This document shows positions 1 to 9,437 of a stretch of 64,000 bases of DNA, piece after piece. The notes under the pieces were generated by a model. It was not told where the DNA came from. It made no database searches and saw nothing but the letters and a program-made list of their open reading frames with translations. Position numbers and translations under genes: made by a program. The stretch is taken from the IMG/VR virus record IMGVR_UViG_3300025679_000005. The stretch is one strand, 5' to 3'. The number at the start of each line of letters is the position of its first letter. Within the stretch, counting starts at the first letter, position 1. This DNA comes from a virus. Its lineage: Duplodnaviria > Caudoviricetes.

Positions 1-2033
1 ACGACATTCCCTTGACGAAAATCTATGAACGAGCCACGCTCAAAGGAGACCGGTGACTGAACCGCCAATCCGTAAAATATTGGTTTGCTGTTGTCGAAAA
101 CAGTTGCCGCTGTGATCCGGTTGTACTCGAAGTTCGCCTGAACACCGTACCAATTCCCCGATATCTCGCAACCAACGAAATACAGGTAATAGTCCGAGTC
201 GATGAACGAAGACTCTGCTCTTGTAACTTGCGGAAGAATGCAGCTAACGACGGCACTCCGGCCTACTCCGTTGTTGGAAATGGAAAGACTAGAGATCGTC
301 GTCAGTAGTGTGTCGACAGAAACCTGACCTCCTGGGGCCAGATTGACCGCGTGTCCAGATGCGTCAAGCCACGTCGAAACGAAACTGTTCTGAGCGTTGG
401 CATTGAGCCCTGTTGAATAGGCGACTTGACCAGCTACACTGGTAGACCATCCCCCGCCTGGCGCCAAGAAATTGGGGGGTGAGGATAGGCGTTGGTGGGC
501 AACCAGCGTCCCGCTCGCAACAGTGATTTGCCCGCGAGTGGTTGGAACTGCCGTGTTGACGACGGCGGTCACGTTGCCAGTTACGGCTTGTGAGATGGTT
601 CCCCAGATGACGAAATCGTTAGAGGACTCGGCGATATTTGGCCAAGAAATATCCAGGGTCAGCTTGCCATACGAGCCAGCCGCAATGAAGACGTTAGTAC
701 TCTGCTGGATAATGCACTTGGCGCCGCCTGGGCAGAGCCTATGGCTCAGCTCCTCGACAGAGGCGAGCGGATGGGTGATGGTCCCATCATTGGTGTCGTT
801 ACCCGTAGAAGCATTGACGTACCAATTGGCGACATAGGCAGCGCCCAATCCATGGCGCACCCATCGGGCGGTGTTGGGTGTAGTCGGCTGAACGATGTTC
901 ACGCCATCCGTCGCCGCAATCAACGACGAGCTAGGAATTGTCACCAGCTCGTAGATATCGTCGGGAGTCACAACAGACGCTAACAACCCGTTGGTTAGAC
1001 CAGTTGCATCGAATGTAGTGAGTGTTGCCAGAGTCTGGAATACAGGCAACGCTCCTGAGGGACCCGGAGGACCTGGAGGACCTGCTGTGCCTACTGTCTT
1101 TATGGCATTGTCCAGCAGTCCGTCGCTCCCGGTACCAGCCCAACCAAAGCCCTCGCGGCCCCCTAGGTTAGTCTCGTTCGGCTTTGCCCCAGGTAAGCCC
1201 GATGCGAGAGGGGGTAGTGGTTTTGGCCAGATCTGTGTTGGTGGGCAGAATAGCCCGTTTACCTCTTTGCAGAGGATGTTACGCATGTCTGTGTCTAGGG
1301 GGTTGCCCACCCTAGATGTCACACCCCATACCTTGTGTACGAACCTGTAGCTGCCAGGGATGTCGACCAGAACGAACTGAGCCAAAGCCGGGCTCGACGT
1401 TGTATCGTCCGAGTGGGCTAGGTCTATCGTTATTGCTTGTGATGCACCAACTGGAGTCCATACACAGTCTAGCTGCCAGCTGAGGACCCCTGTATCGTCG
1501 CTGTTCTTGACACACAACGATATCGGTGTTTCGTTGTTTTCTAGCCCGACCGCCCAACCGGCTGTCTGGGTGACGAACGGAGTGATGGTCAGTGTCGAGA
1601 GATTGCCGGTTCCAGGCGATGTTGCGAATGCTACACTCGTGCCAATTGCGGTTACCCCGAACTGTACCTTTACTGTGTCCGTGGCCTTTAGCGACAACTT
1701 TACGGTCGTCGCGAACGTCGGGATCGCTGTCTGTGCTGTCCCCGTCACACTCGCAATCGGCGTTGAGGCAACCACTACATCGTTGATGAGTAGGTACGCT
1801 CTTGTATCTGCACGTGAGCCAACCAGCGCTGTACAGTCCAGCCGACCCACCATCTGAAAGGCGTATTCGCCTGTCGATGGGATCGTGTAGATTGGTGCCG
1901 TGTGGTTTGGGAAAGCGTCGTAAAGCTCCTCTGTTGTGAGGGCTGTCAAAGGAAAAGGGAACGCCGTGTCTGTTTTGACGACGTTTCCAGCCGTGTTCTG
2001 CTTCGAGAACTGGATTAGCGCTGTAGCAGGCAT
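1..2033 (-). CDS. Tail fibre / receptor-binding-like protein, partial (open to the window edge, >677 aa; absent from the ORF track)
   Basis: Manual translation from ATG 2033 (MPATALIQFSKQ...) has no stop before position 1. It is Thr/Val/Gly-rich and beta-like, with a short collagen-like stretch GPPGPPGPSG and the motif WYVNASTGNDTNDGT that typically precedes beta-helix domains. Confidence 0.6.
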   Translation of the reverse strand, partial: MPATALIQFSKQNTAGNVVKTDTAFPFPLTALTTEELYDAFPNHTAPIYTIPSTGEYAFQMVGRLDCTALVGSRADTRAYLLINDVVVASTPIASVTGTAQTAIPTFATTVKLSLKATDTVKVQFGVTAIGTSVAFATSPGTGNLSTLTITPFVTQTAGWAVGLENNETPISLCVKNSDDTGVLSWQLDCVWTPVGASQAITIDLAHSDDTTSSPALAQFVLVDIPGSYRFVHKVWGVTSRVGNPLDTDMRNILCKEVNGLFCPPTQIWPKPLPPLASGLPGAKPNETNLGGREGFGWAGTGSDGLLDNAIKTVGTAGPPGPPGPSGALPVFQTLATLTTFDATGLTNGLLASVVTPDDIYELVTIPSSSLIAATDGVNIVQPTTPNTARWVRHGLGAAYVANWYVNASTGNDTNDGTITHPLASVEELSHRLCPGGAKCIIQQSTNVFIAAGSYGKLTLDISWPNIAESSNDFVIWGTISQAVTGNVTAVVNTAVPTTRGQITVASGTLVAHQRLSSPPNFLAPGGGWSTSVAGQVAYSTGLNANAQNSFVSTWLDASGHAVNLAPGGQVSVDTLLTTISSLSISNNGVGRSAVVSCILPQVTRAESSFIDSDYYLYFVGCEISGNWYGVQANFEYNRITAATVFDNSKPIFYGLAVQSPVSFERGSFIDFRQGNV

Positions 2034-2091
2034 TTCGGGCTCCTATGGGGGAGCCCGAATAAGAAGAAACCCTAGGGGATTAAGCCGAGTT

Positions 2092-2349
2092 TCATTCCCA
2101 TTTGAAAGGGCAGGCCTTCTTCTTGGCGACCAGGGCATCGTCCATGTACTGAAAGTACCCTATATTAACGTCCGTCCGCCAATCCACCCGGCCTATAAGG
2201 GCGTATTTGGTGGTCGAGGTGTCGTCCTTGCTGATGTAGCAGTCTAGGATTTTGCCGTTCGCGGCGATGAGGCTGTACGTGACCCAAATACCCACAGCCG
2301 AGCAGGCGGACAGGATTAGAAACCATAGAAGGTCGAACATTTTGGACAT
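2092..2349 (-). CDS. Small membrane protein
   Basis: C-terminal part of the track ORF; start MSKMFDLLWFLIL is followed by a hydrophobic segment. Confidence 0.45.
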   Translation of the reverse strand: MSKMFDLLWFLILSACSAVGIWVTYSLIAANGKILDCYISKDDTSTTKYALIGRVDWRTDVNIGYFQYMDDALVAKKKACPFKWE

Positions 2350-2542
2350 GGTCAGTATCGGCGGTCTTCTAGGACTGGGCGGGGGGACGGGATTGGCGGC
2401 TTGGGGAAGCCAGGGTCTCAAGGGGTCCCCACCAATGCTGGGGATTGGCGCCCTAGGTAACGGATGTAACCTAGGAGCAGCTATAGCCGCCACGACTTCA
2501 TTGACCGTGATCGTAGGCGGTGTGGGCGCCGGCCTAGGTTCC

Positions 2543-3013
2543 TTACACCAAAGCCTCAAGCCTGTGGATCCCTTCATCGATTTTGGCCAGGACCTCGGCA
2601 TGAGTCCTAGCTGGGGCATCATTGAATTCGATGGCTGAGCCCCCATGCCCTCTGGGGAACATGGCCAGGACGATGTTGTCGTGCATCTCGGAGTCCCCAT
2701 CGGGTACAGCGCCAATCACCTTGAAGATGGCTCCTGAGAGGCAATAGCAACTAGCCTTGGCCGGGTTTGCGGGGAGTCCCTCAGTGTCTTGTGCGTATCG
2801 GCCTTTGATCCAAGCGGATGGCTCCGTAAGAATCTGTCGCACTTCCTTGAGGAAGTCTAGTCTCCTTTGGGTATTGGACATGATCACGCTTCCATTAAAA
2901 AGGAGGGGCGTGCTCCCGGCTTCAGTGCCCTCTAAGGGCTCACAACGGCCGCAGACCGTACAAGAGGACTCGTCGTGGAGGTACACGCAGCCAGTTTCGC
3001 AGGAGCCAGGCAT
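2543..3013 (-). CDS. Paralog family A (DUF6197-like) protein with Cys-rich N-terminal extension
   Basis: Motifs WIKG..AQD, CYCLSGAI and FND...HAEVLAKID are shared with three other ORFs in the window. Confidence 0.7.
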   Translation of the reverse strand: MPGSCETGCVYLHDESSCTVCGRCEPLEGTEAGSTPLLFNGSVIMSNTQRRLDFLKEVRQILTEPSAWIKGRYAQDTEGLPANPAKASCYCLSGAIFKVIGAVPDGDSEMHDNIVLAMFPRGHGGSAIEFNDAPARTHAEVLAKIDEGIHRLEALV

Positions 3014-3034
3014 TGAGCCAGTCCTTACACCGAA

Positions 3035-3547
3035 TCACCGAAGCGGCTGCGGGGCCCCGTTATTGACCAAGCCCAATGCATATGCCTTGCCGATTCGCTC
3101 AGCGACTACCTTGAGGAGTTCCAAGGGCTTCAAGCTTCCCAGGTCATCCCCATCGCCCACACTGTAATCTCGATTGAAGAGCAGGTAGGCTTCAATGCCG
3201 TTCAGGTTCTGTGCGATAGTCCACTCCCAACCGAAGAAGGCGTACTCTTCCGACTCCTCTGGAGCTTCGAGGCAGGCAAATACATGGCCCATGTCATGGA
3301 CAATGTGGGGCCAGGGGGTTCCCTTGCTGTAATAGATTGCCTTGGCAGCGTAATCCACACCGAGATCGCTGTGCGTAAACGGCGCCAAAGCCCAAGATTC
3401 AGCTTCAGCTCTCTTGGAGAAGGTCTCTTCATCTAGTTCTGTGAGGGAGCCGCCCCACATTTTAACCAAGACCTTCAAGGCCTTGATTTTGATGTCATTA
3501 TCCGGCCCTGAGAGGTAGGCGGCCTCAGAGTCATGGTCGGCTTTCAT
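3035..3547 (-). CDS. Hypothetical protein
   Basis: ATG lies directly after the conserved promoter-like motif. Confidence 0.7.
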   Translation of the reverse strand: MKADHDSEAAYLSGPDNDIKIKALKVLVKMWGGSLTELDEETFSKRAEAESWALAPFTHSDLGVDYAAKAIYYSKGTPWPHIVHDMGHVFACLEAPEESEEYAFFGWEWTIAQNLNGIEAYLLFNRDYSVGDGDDLGSLKPLELLKVVAERIGKAYALGLVNNGAPQPLR

Positions 3548-3583
3548 GCCCTATAGAACGGATCGGCTTCGAGGAAGTTAAGC
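3548..3583 (-). promoter_or_regulatory. Repeated promoter-like motif (TTAAC-N16-CGTT)
   Basis: GCTTAACTTCCTCGAAGCCGATCCGTTCTATAGGGC then ATG 3547. Confidence 0.75.
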
Positions 3584-3616
3584 CTTGAGCTTGGCGAACT
3601 TACGAGCCCTAGAACA

Positions 3617-4129
3617 TCATAGGTCCCACTTGTCCAGACGTTCCCAGAACGGAATCCGCTCAATAGGTTCGACAATGTCAGCTTCAACAGGCTCGATGTC
3701 ATTGCAGCCCAGCCCCGTGCCCATTTCTCTGGACCTCGCAAGGTATGCCTTGAAGTCTTCGGCCTCAGTGAGCGCTGCTCCCCTAAGGAAATGTGTGAAG
3801 ACTAAAGTGTCAAGAGGGGCTCTACGGCAGTCCATCAACGAGGTCGGGATAGGGTAGCCCAATCCAGTATCGATGGATACAACCGCAAGCTCGGTGCCTA
3901 ATTCATACCGGCCTAATTCATACCTGCGCACCACACAATAGCGCTCAAAACCAGGGATAGCCCGAATGGTCGCTATAAGCCAGGCATGTGTCTGCCTCAA
4001 TTGCTCCTTTTTGGAGGCTTCCTCTTCATGCCGCTGTTGACGAGATTGCCGAATCTGAATCCATATAACTCCGCCTGCAAACAGAAGGACGCCTAAAGCC
4101 ACAAATAAGGCAATTAAATCCCTAGACAT
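3617..4129 (-). CDS. Membrane-anchored protein with C-terminal tag variant (PFWERLDKWDL)
   Basis: N-terminal TM helix and the tag at the C-terminus. Confidence 0.7.
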   Translation of the reverse strand: MSRDLIALFVALGVLLFAGGVIWIQIRQSRQQRHEEEASKKEQLRQTHAWLIATIRAIPGFERYCVVRRYELGRYELGTELAVVSIDTGLGYPIPTSLMDCRRAPLDTLVFTHFLRGAALTEAEDFKAYLARSREMGTGLGCNDIEPVEADIVEPIERIPFWERLDKWDL

Positions 4130-4132
4130 CGC

Positions 4133-4999
4133 CTACACCAACGGCTCATCGAGCAATCGCTCCCAAGTCGAGGGACCTACGATGACAGGTTCCTTGGGAG
4201 TAGCCGACTCAGGCTCGACGACACGGACCAGGTCAGGGGTGCTCAGAACCGCCTCAATCAACTCCATCTGCTCACTAGAGAGGTCCCAATTGTTCGCAAG
4301 ATCGAGGAATTCTTGAAGACAATCAGAGGTGTCATCGCTCATGACTGTACCCAGTACGCCGAAAGAGGCCCTATCTTCAACCGCTAGGAGGATGACGGAG
4401 GCCTCACTGACAGTGAGCCACCTCTCGGCCGCGTTACGAGTCACAAAGTTGATCATGGCCACAGTAAGTGCGTTGCCATCGGTGTCGCCACTGGTCCGGA
4501 TCAGGGCGTTATGGCTGAGCCATTGATAGTGCTGATGACGGACATGAGCGATAGCTGGGTGCGGCCCATCAGTCTCCAGTCTGATAGTATCCCCGACACG
4601 AAAGACATAGGGAGTTCCCTCGAATTCGTAAAAGATTCGCTGAGTCGGATGGTACAGGGTGTCCACAGCTCCTGGTGCTACCCAGTTTTCGTTGAGCAAT
4701 ACCCGAAGAATTCGTTGAGGGACCTGGGCTGAAATAGGTGGGCCCTCCTGAGTGCTAGCCAAATCGGCCGTCGCCCGGAATTCATCGCCACCATTGAGGT
4801 TGGCCCCTCTGAAGAAGGTCGACCAGCCCATGCTGTTACCGCCCAGGGCCTCCAACTCTCCGTCCTCGATGAAAGGCGCACTCGTATTCTCCATGACATA
4901 GACAGGGCGATTGGCCTCGATCCTGGCCAGTTGAAACCATCCCTGGACGTACCCAAGCTCCAGGTCATGCTCGGATATGACAAGTTCCCTAGGAGGCAT
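4133..4999 (-). CDS. C-terminal-tag protein (STWERLLDEPLV)
   Basis: 288-aa ORF, 3 nt from the next gene. Confidence 0.75.
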   Translation of the reverse strand: MPPRELVISEHDLELGYVQGWFQLARIEANRPVYVMENTSAPFIEDGELEALGGNSMGWSTFFRGANLNGGDEFRATADLASTQEGPPISAQVPQRILRVLLNENWVAPGAVDTLYHPTQRIFYEFEGTPYVFRVGDTIRLETDGPHPAIAHVRHQHYQWLSHNALIRTSGDTDGNALTVAMINFVTRNAAERWLTVSEASVILLAVEDRASFGVLGTVMSDDTSDCLQEFLDLANNWDLSSEQMELIEAVLSTPDLVRVVEPESATPKEPVIVGPSTWERLLDEPLV

Positions 5000-5183
5000 T
5001 TGTCACCGGGATCAGCTCGTAATGCTCCCGCTTCTTCCCACGGGATACCAACGCCTGCTCCCATTCGCTAGCAGTCTTCTGCATCGCCTCCTTGGGGTCC
5101 TGAGTCCACCGGTTCCAAGCGCCTATCATCTCCGCGATGTAGAGGGGCGTGGGGCTGTCCTTGAACTTGACGATGTACTGCAT
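4989..5183 (-). CDS. Paralog family B stand-alone domain
   Basis: YIA..G..RWT...EA..KT..EW...HYEL is shared with the C-termini of 7520..8254 and 8251..8757. Confidence 0.65.
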   Translation of the reverse strand: MQYIVKFKDSPTPLYIAEMIGAWNRWTQDPKEAMQKTASEWEQALVSRGKKREHYELIPVTNAS

Positions 5184-5192
5184 TTTTTAGGC

Positions 5193-5423
5193 CTAGTTGG
5201 CTGGAGGGCGAGCCATTCTGACGAAGGATTCCTGAGCCAAACGCAGCTTTCGCAGCCACTCGGTGTCGGCCTCAGAAAGCGGATCCCCTGCAAAGAGGCG
5301 CTTCATGGTTGCAACAGCTTCTTCATCGGACATACCCCATTGAAGCAGGCAGAAGAGCGTGAATTCCGGCGATGAGGCATGGTCCTTAGCCTCTTGCTCT
5401 GTCTTGAAAACTTGAATAGTCAT
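5193..5423 (-). CDS. Hypothetical protein
   Basis: Part of the packed minus-strand gene train. Confidence 0.55.
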   Translation of the reverse strand: MTIQVFKTEQEAKDHASSPEFTLFCLLQWGMSDEEAVATMKRLFAGDPLSEADTEWLRKLRLAQESFVRMARPPAN

Positions 5424-5593
5424 TATTCCGGCACCACATCTTCGTTGTTGAACACTTGCCTCTTCTTGGCTACCACGAACACACTGGCGATGTCACCCAC
5501 CTCAATGCACACCATCGCCTGGTCCCAGCCGTAACGCCGGACAGCTTCTTCAGTAGGGCGGTAATAGCGTCCAGGTTTGACGACCGCCTTCAT
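5423..5593 (-). CDS. Small hypothetical protein (56 aa, MKAVVKPGRYY...; not in track)
   Basis: Fills the gap; its TAA overlaps the ATG of the next gene. Confidence 0.55.
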   Translation of the reverse strand: MKAVVKPGRYYRPTEEAVRRYGWDQAMVCIEVGDIASVFVVAKKRQVFNNEDVVPE

Positions 5594-5618
5594 TGAAGAG
5601 CACGCCTGGCATCATCGA

Positions 5619-5828
5619 TCATGGGAGATGGTCGCCAACGGTGCTGAACTCAGTGATCCCCATCTGGCTAAGCCAATTTTCAGCATAACCCTGACGGCAT
5701 TCAATGGACAAGTGCGCTGGGTAACCCATCTCAGGAAAGGGCGTAGGACCGTCGAATCCGATGACAATCGTGTCCGTACCTCGGGTTCGAACGACAGTGA
5801 CCTTAGTGATTTCGATTTCTAGCTTCAT
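5619..5828 (-). CDS. Hypothetical protein
   Basis: Preceded by variant motif TTAAG-N16-CGTA-N10-ATG. Confidence 0.65.
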   Translation of the reverse strand: MKLEIEITKVTVVRTRGTDTIVIGFDGPTPFPEMGYPAHLSIECRQGYAENWLSQMGITEFSTVGDHLP

Positions 5829-5876
5829 GATCAGTTCCTACGTCCAGCTTGGCCTGAGCTTAAGAGGGTCTACACC

Positions 5877-6066
5877 AAAATAGCGAAACCCCCGAGGATG
5901 TGGCCACAGCCCGGGGGTTTCTAAGCTCGTTACACGGGAGGAACGCTAACCCCTCCAAGGCGACCGTTTATGGGGCGGTCCCAAGCCTGTTCGCGACTAC
6001 TAGAGATCCCGTCGAATCTCGTTCGAGGGGCGAACCAATTTACGCTTGCTTAACATGTCGAGCCTA
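5877..6066 (-). ncRNA. Candidate structured ncRNA
   Basis: Nested helices (TAGGCTCG-ACATG/CGTGT-AA-CGAGCTTA, CAAGC/GCTTG, GTTCGC/GCGAAC, GACCG/CGGTC, GGAGGG/CCCTCC) between a promoter variant and a terminator, with no credible ORF. Confidence 0.5.
5885..5921 (-). terminator. Intrinsic terminator-like hairpin
   Basis: GAAACCCCCG/CGGGGGTTTC stem followed by GCTATTTT on the minus strand. Confidence 0.6.
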
Positions 6067-6197
6067 CCTGTCCTTACGGCTGAGGGCCGTGGCCCTTAAG
6101 GGCTGTTGTAGGAATTGTTAGGCCTACATGTAGGTACAGTGTATGTTTTATTCGGAAAAGATCGTGCCAACATCGAATCGGTGTAGGATCTAAGGCA

Positions 6198-7058
6198 ATG
6201 CCGATCAACTGGGACAACTACACAACCGTCAGAGCCCATACCTTGTCGAGTCCCCAAGGCGAGGTCGTTCCAGCGAATTTGATCGCTACCGGTCTTAGAT
6301 GGATCACAGAGGTGCCTGCTGTTGGTGATTACCCGTGTTTCACCGCCAACACCCCGCTCACATGGTTCAGCCAGAGAACAGAGCCAGGGTCCCTCATTGT
6401 CCTTTCGAACCTGATTTGCCCTCGTCACGTCCAAATGGACGAGACCACCCTCTCAGGCTTCCACCGAAGCGGGGCGATTCTACGCCTAGATGGCGGGGCC
6501 TATAATACTCTGAGGCGCATTACCTGGATGAGCTATTCTCTGGGGCGCGAGACATTGCCGGTCGGGATTACCTTCAGCACCATCCCTGAAGTGAATGCAT
6601 TCGAAGATAGCCTAACAGCTATTACCAGACTGATTGAAGAGTACTCCGAGCAAAGGCTTCATCTAGCAGCGACCCCTCTCCTGGAGATCAGGGCTATGTT
6701 TATTAATCCCGTAGATGCTGGTGTATCGAGTCTAGCCAATAGTTTCCGCGAGGAGAGGGCGACCCGACACACTGAGGAAGTGGAGAGGGTCCGTCAACTT
6801 CGCTTGAATCAGCTGGATGAGGCCCTGGGGCGGGCGGAATTGTCCCCAAACCAGGCGTTCGTCATCAAGCAGGTGCTGGCTCACCCCACAAGCTTTTCCG
6901 TGCATCGAACGACTGCCACTCAGACCTTGATCTTCGCTGACTTCATAGTAGACGAGCCAGGCCCAGGAAGAACCCCGACGGAGCCGGTCGCAGAGTTAGT
7001 CCGACCCACTGCCTGGGAGCGTCTCAGCGATCCGCTACTGCCGGAGGAAGGTGAGTAG
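6198..7058 (+). CDS. C-terminal-tag protein (TAWERLSDPLLPEEGE)
   Basis: 286-aa ORF with a GGTGTA motif 12 nt upstream of the ATG. Confidence 0.75.
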   Translation: MPINWDNYTTVRAHTLSSPQGEVVPANLIATGLRWITEVPAVGDYPCFTANTPLTWFSQRTEPGSLIVLSNLICPRHVQMDETTLSGFHRSGAILRLDGGAYNTLRRITWMSYSLGRETLPVGITFSTIPEVNAFEDSLTAITRLIEEYSEQRLHLAATPLLEIRAMFINPVDAGVSSLANSFREERATRHTEEVERVRQLRLNQLDEALGRAELSPNQAFVIKQVLAHPTSFSVHRTTATQTLIFADFIVDEPGPGRTPTEPVAELVRPTAWERLSDPLLPEEGE

Positions 7059-7142
7059 AGTTAGCATTTTTGCCCCATTGTTGCCAAGATCGCTCCGAGG
7101 ACAACACACCAGGCGCAAGCCCACAGCCATTGAATATCTCGT

Positions 7143-7523
7143 TTACTTGGGGACGGCATTGGCAGCCTCCCAGGCGGCTCGCTCAGGAGACCGGAGGTAT
7201 GTCTCCAACCGTTCTCGATAGGCCTTCAGCAAGTCCGGTACATCGTTCCTGACGCAGGATTCGATGAGCAGCTCTAAGGCCATCACCTCAGGGTCGACGG
7301 TGGAGACATATTCGACCACAGAACTGCCGTCATCCAGCTCCCTGAGCTTATCGATCACAGTCAGGGGAATCCCGTAGTCCCCTCCTAAACGTTTGGGATT
7401 GCTATCTACCACTCCCAAGACGCCATCAAGGATCTCGATCCACAGCTCGGAATCGATGATGTGCGTAGCCCTCCACCAATCGGTTTTGGTGAATCGCCAG
7501 CCGTCGAGATCGAAATCAGTCAT
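7143..7523 (-). CDS. Hypothetical protein
   Basis: ATGA-type overlap with the upstream gene. Confidence 0.6.
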   Translation of the reverse strand: MTDFDLDGWRFTKTDWWRATHIIDSELWIEILDGVLGVVDSNPKRLGGDYGIPLTVIDKLRELDDGSSVVEYVSTVDPEVMALELLIESCVRNDVPDLLKAYRERLETYLRSPERAAWEAANAVPK

Positions 7524-8254
7524 GGCCTAACGACCACGAAGTACTTGTCTCTGTCATGGACTTCCCTGAGGATCACATGCCATTCATCGGCAGTCTTCCA
7601 CAGAGCTTCGGAGAGGTGAAGGGTGCATCGACCTATGGGGCCCAATTCAGCTAGGTAGATGGGGCCGGGGATTGTCTTGTGCCTGAGGACGTAGAGCGGT
7701 TCGGAATTGACGGTTGTCGGCCCCTCTAGCTCCCCAAGGCCTGACGAAATTAGAGCCTCAGGCGGCTTAAAATCGTGAGCCATAGCCTCGATGTGCCGTA
7801 GAATCCAGCCAGATACAGCAATAATATTAGTATCCTTGCCTAGGTGCAGGCTAGGTTTAAGGGATACCCTCGCGCCATTGACCTTCAGATGAAGAGTCTC
7901 CGTGCCGACTCCGACCCTGAAAGAATGATGCTGACGTGGCTGTAGCCAATCGCCATCGGCGATGTAGTCAAAGAGGACCTCGGACTTGTCATTGTCCGGA
8001 GTGATAGCTTCGATCTTGAAAGACCCGATCGTGATTTGGGTGTAATGCGGCGTTAAGGCAGCAACAAAGTTCTCCTGAATGAGCCTCAAGGCATCCACCA
8101 CGAATTCGATCGTCTCGTGCTTCTGTTTTTCCAATGACTTACGGTGATCAGCCTCTTCCTGTCGCCTTTGGAAAAAGGCGTCGGTCTGCTGCTTAACACT
8201 AGCCAGCAGCTCTTCACGCATCTCTCGCATGTATGCCTCCTGTCTAGCGCTCAC
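7520..8254 (-). CDS. Hypothetical protein with C-terminal family B domain
   Basis: Coiled-coil N-terminus; ends PLYVLRH...EALWKTADEW. Confidence 0.7.
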   Translation of the reverse strand: MSARQEAYMREMREELLASVKQQTDAFFQRRQEEADHRKSLEKQKHETIEFVVDALRLIQENFVAALTPHYTQITIGSFKIEAITPDNDKSEVLFDYIADGDWLQPRQHHSFRVGVGTETLHLKVNGARVSLKPSLHLGKDTNIIAVSGWILRHIEAMAHDFKPPEALISSGLGELEGPTTVNSEPLYVLRHKTIPGPIYLAELGPIGRCTLHLSEALWKTADEWHVILREVHDRDKYFVVVRP

Positions 8255-8757
8255 GGTTCTACCCTCACCAGCTCGTAGTGCTCAGCGTCGTGCCGAAGCT
8301 CCGCCCACTGGCTTTCGGTCTTCCTCAGAGCTTCCTCAATGTTTTGAGTCCAACGACCCATGGATCCAGCTATCTGTGCGATGTAGATCCCCGGCTCGAT
8401 TTGGCGGTGTCTCAGAACGTACAGGGGATTCCTCGATAGCATCGCATGAATAGCCGAAGCGTCGGCGAACATTTGAGGAGACAGCTCTTCCTGAAGCTTG
8501 AGCACCTGATTGGCCAAGCTCAGGGCCAATTCCTCCAGCTCGGACTCCGGGGGATTGAAGTGGGCCGAGCCGTTCTCGTCGAAAAACGTCGTGTAGGCAT
8601 CTTCTACGCCTTCGGTTACGACGGCAGTGGCCAGCTCCGGCCAAAGTTCCCTGAGGATGTCATTCAGGACCCCTTGCGGCCCACGGGCGCCGACCTTGTA
8701 GCCGGCATACACTCGGGTCATCCAGACCAGCTTCTGACAGATTTCAGTGGTATCCAT
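8251..8757 (-). CDS. Hypothetical protein with C-terminal family B domain
   Basis: Ends PLYVLRH...YIAQ..GRWT..EEALRKTESQW..HYEL. Confidence 0.7.
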   Translation of the reverse strand: MDTTEICQKLVWMTRVYAGYKVGARGPQGVLNDILRELWPELATAVVTEGVEDAYTTFFDENGSAHFNPPESELEELALSLANQVLKLQEELSPQMFADASAIHAMLSRNPLYVLRHRQIEPGIYIAQIAGSMGRWTQNIEEALRKTESQWAELRHDAEHYELVRVEP

Positions 8758-9095
8758 CAGACAGCAACTTTCTGACGCAGGGCTTCGAGGTCGGTGTCAA
8801 TCATCGCCAGGACTTCGTCGTGGCGTGAGCGGTCATTGAAGCGGCTCAACGAGTCCTTGAAGCTGAAAGCGTCCCGAAGGCGGTAATACCTAGCATTGCC
8901 ATTACCGGACCTAGTCTCCCTTCTAGTCACCTTGTACATCGCCCCTACCAGGCAAAAGCAGCAAGCCGCCGGATCCGTAGCGTCAACTCCAACTCCTCCA
9001 GGTCCCAAGGCCATGTCACCTTGAATCCAATGACTATGGTCCGAGATCAGCTCACGCACCGCCATGAGGTCGGCTAGGGTTTCTTTTTCGTACAT
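8757..9095 (-). CDS. Paralog family A (DUF6197-like) protein
   Basis: HWIQG, CFCLVGAM, FND...HDEVLAMID. Confidence 0.7.
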   Translation of the reverse strand: MYEKETLADLMAVRELISDHSHWIQGDMALGPGGVGVDATDPAACCFCLVGAMYKVTRRETRSGNGNARYYRLRDAFSFKDSLSRFNDRSRHDEVLAMIDTDLEALRQKVAV

Positions 9096-9104
9096 GATCC
9101 GACC

Positions 9105-9398
9105 CTAGAGCTGCTGGGGAGCGCAGCCGAAATCACGAGGTTCTGAGGTCAGGGCCCTCAAGGCCAAGGCGAACGCCTGGAAGTGCGGGTAGGCCGTCTC
9201 GTAAACGTCGATGACGAGGGCGACTCCGCATATGTCCAGCCCACTGGACGTAAGCCGCCCCAGAGCCTCTAGAGAGAGGTCGGGGGAGAAGTTGGGCACA
9301 GGCTTCAAGGCCTCTGCAAAAACGCTCTGGCGGGCCAATAGAACGCCCTTGTCAGTGCAGGCCTTGATGAAGTCGAGTTGTTCGGTTGTGAATTCCAT
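9105..9398 (-). CDS. Hypothetical protein
   Basis: Preceded by variant motif CCTTAAG-N16-CGTA-N10-ATG. Confidence 0.65.
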   Translation of the reverse strand: MEFTTEQLDFIKACTDKGVLLARQSVFAEALKPVPNFSPDLSLEALGRLTSSGLDICGVALVIDVYETAYPHFQAFALALRALTSEPRDFGCAPQQL

Positions 9399-9437
9399 GA
9401 TCAGAGCCTACGGCCGTCTTTTCCCGAACTTAAGGGC

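Noticed and set aside
472-1857. Plus-strand ORFs in the track over 472-1857, and similar shadow ORFs such as 11077..11742, 18224..19093 and 37423..38079
   Set aside because: They are antisense shadows of longer, better-supported genes on the opposite strand.
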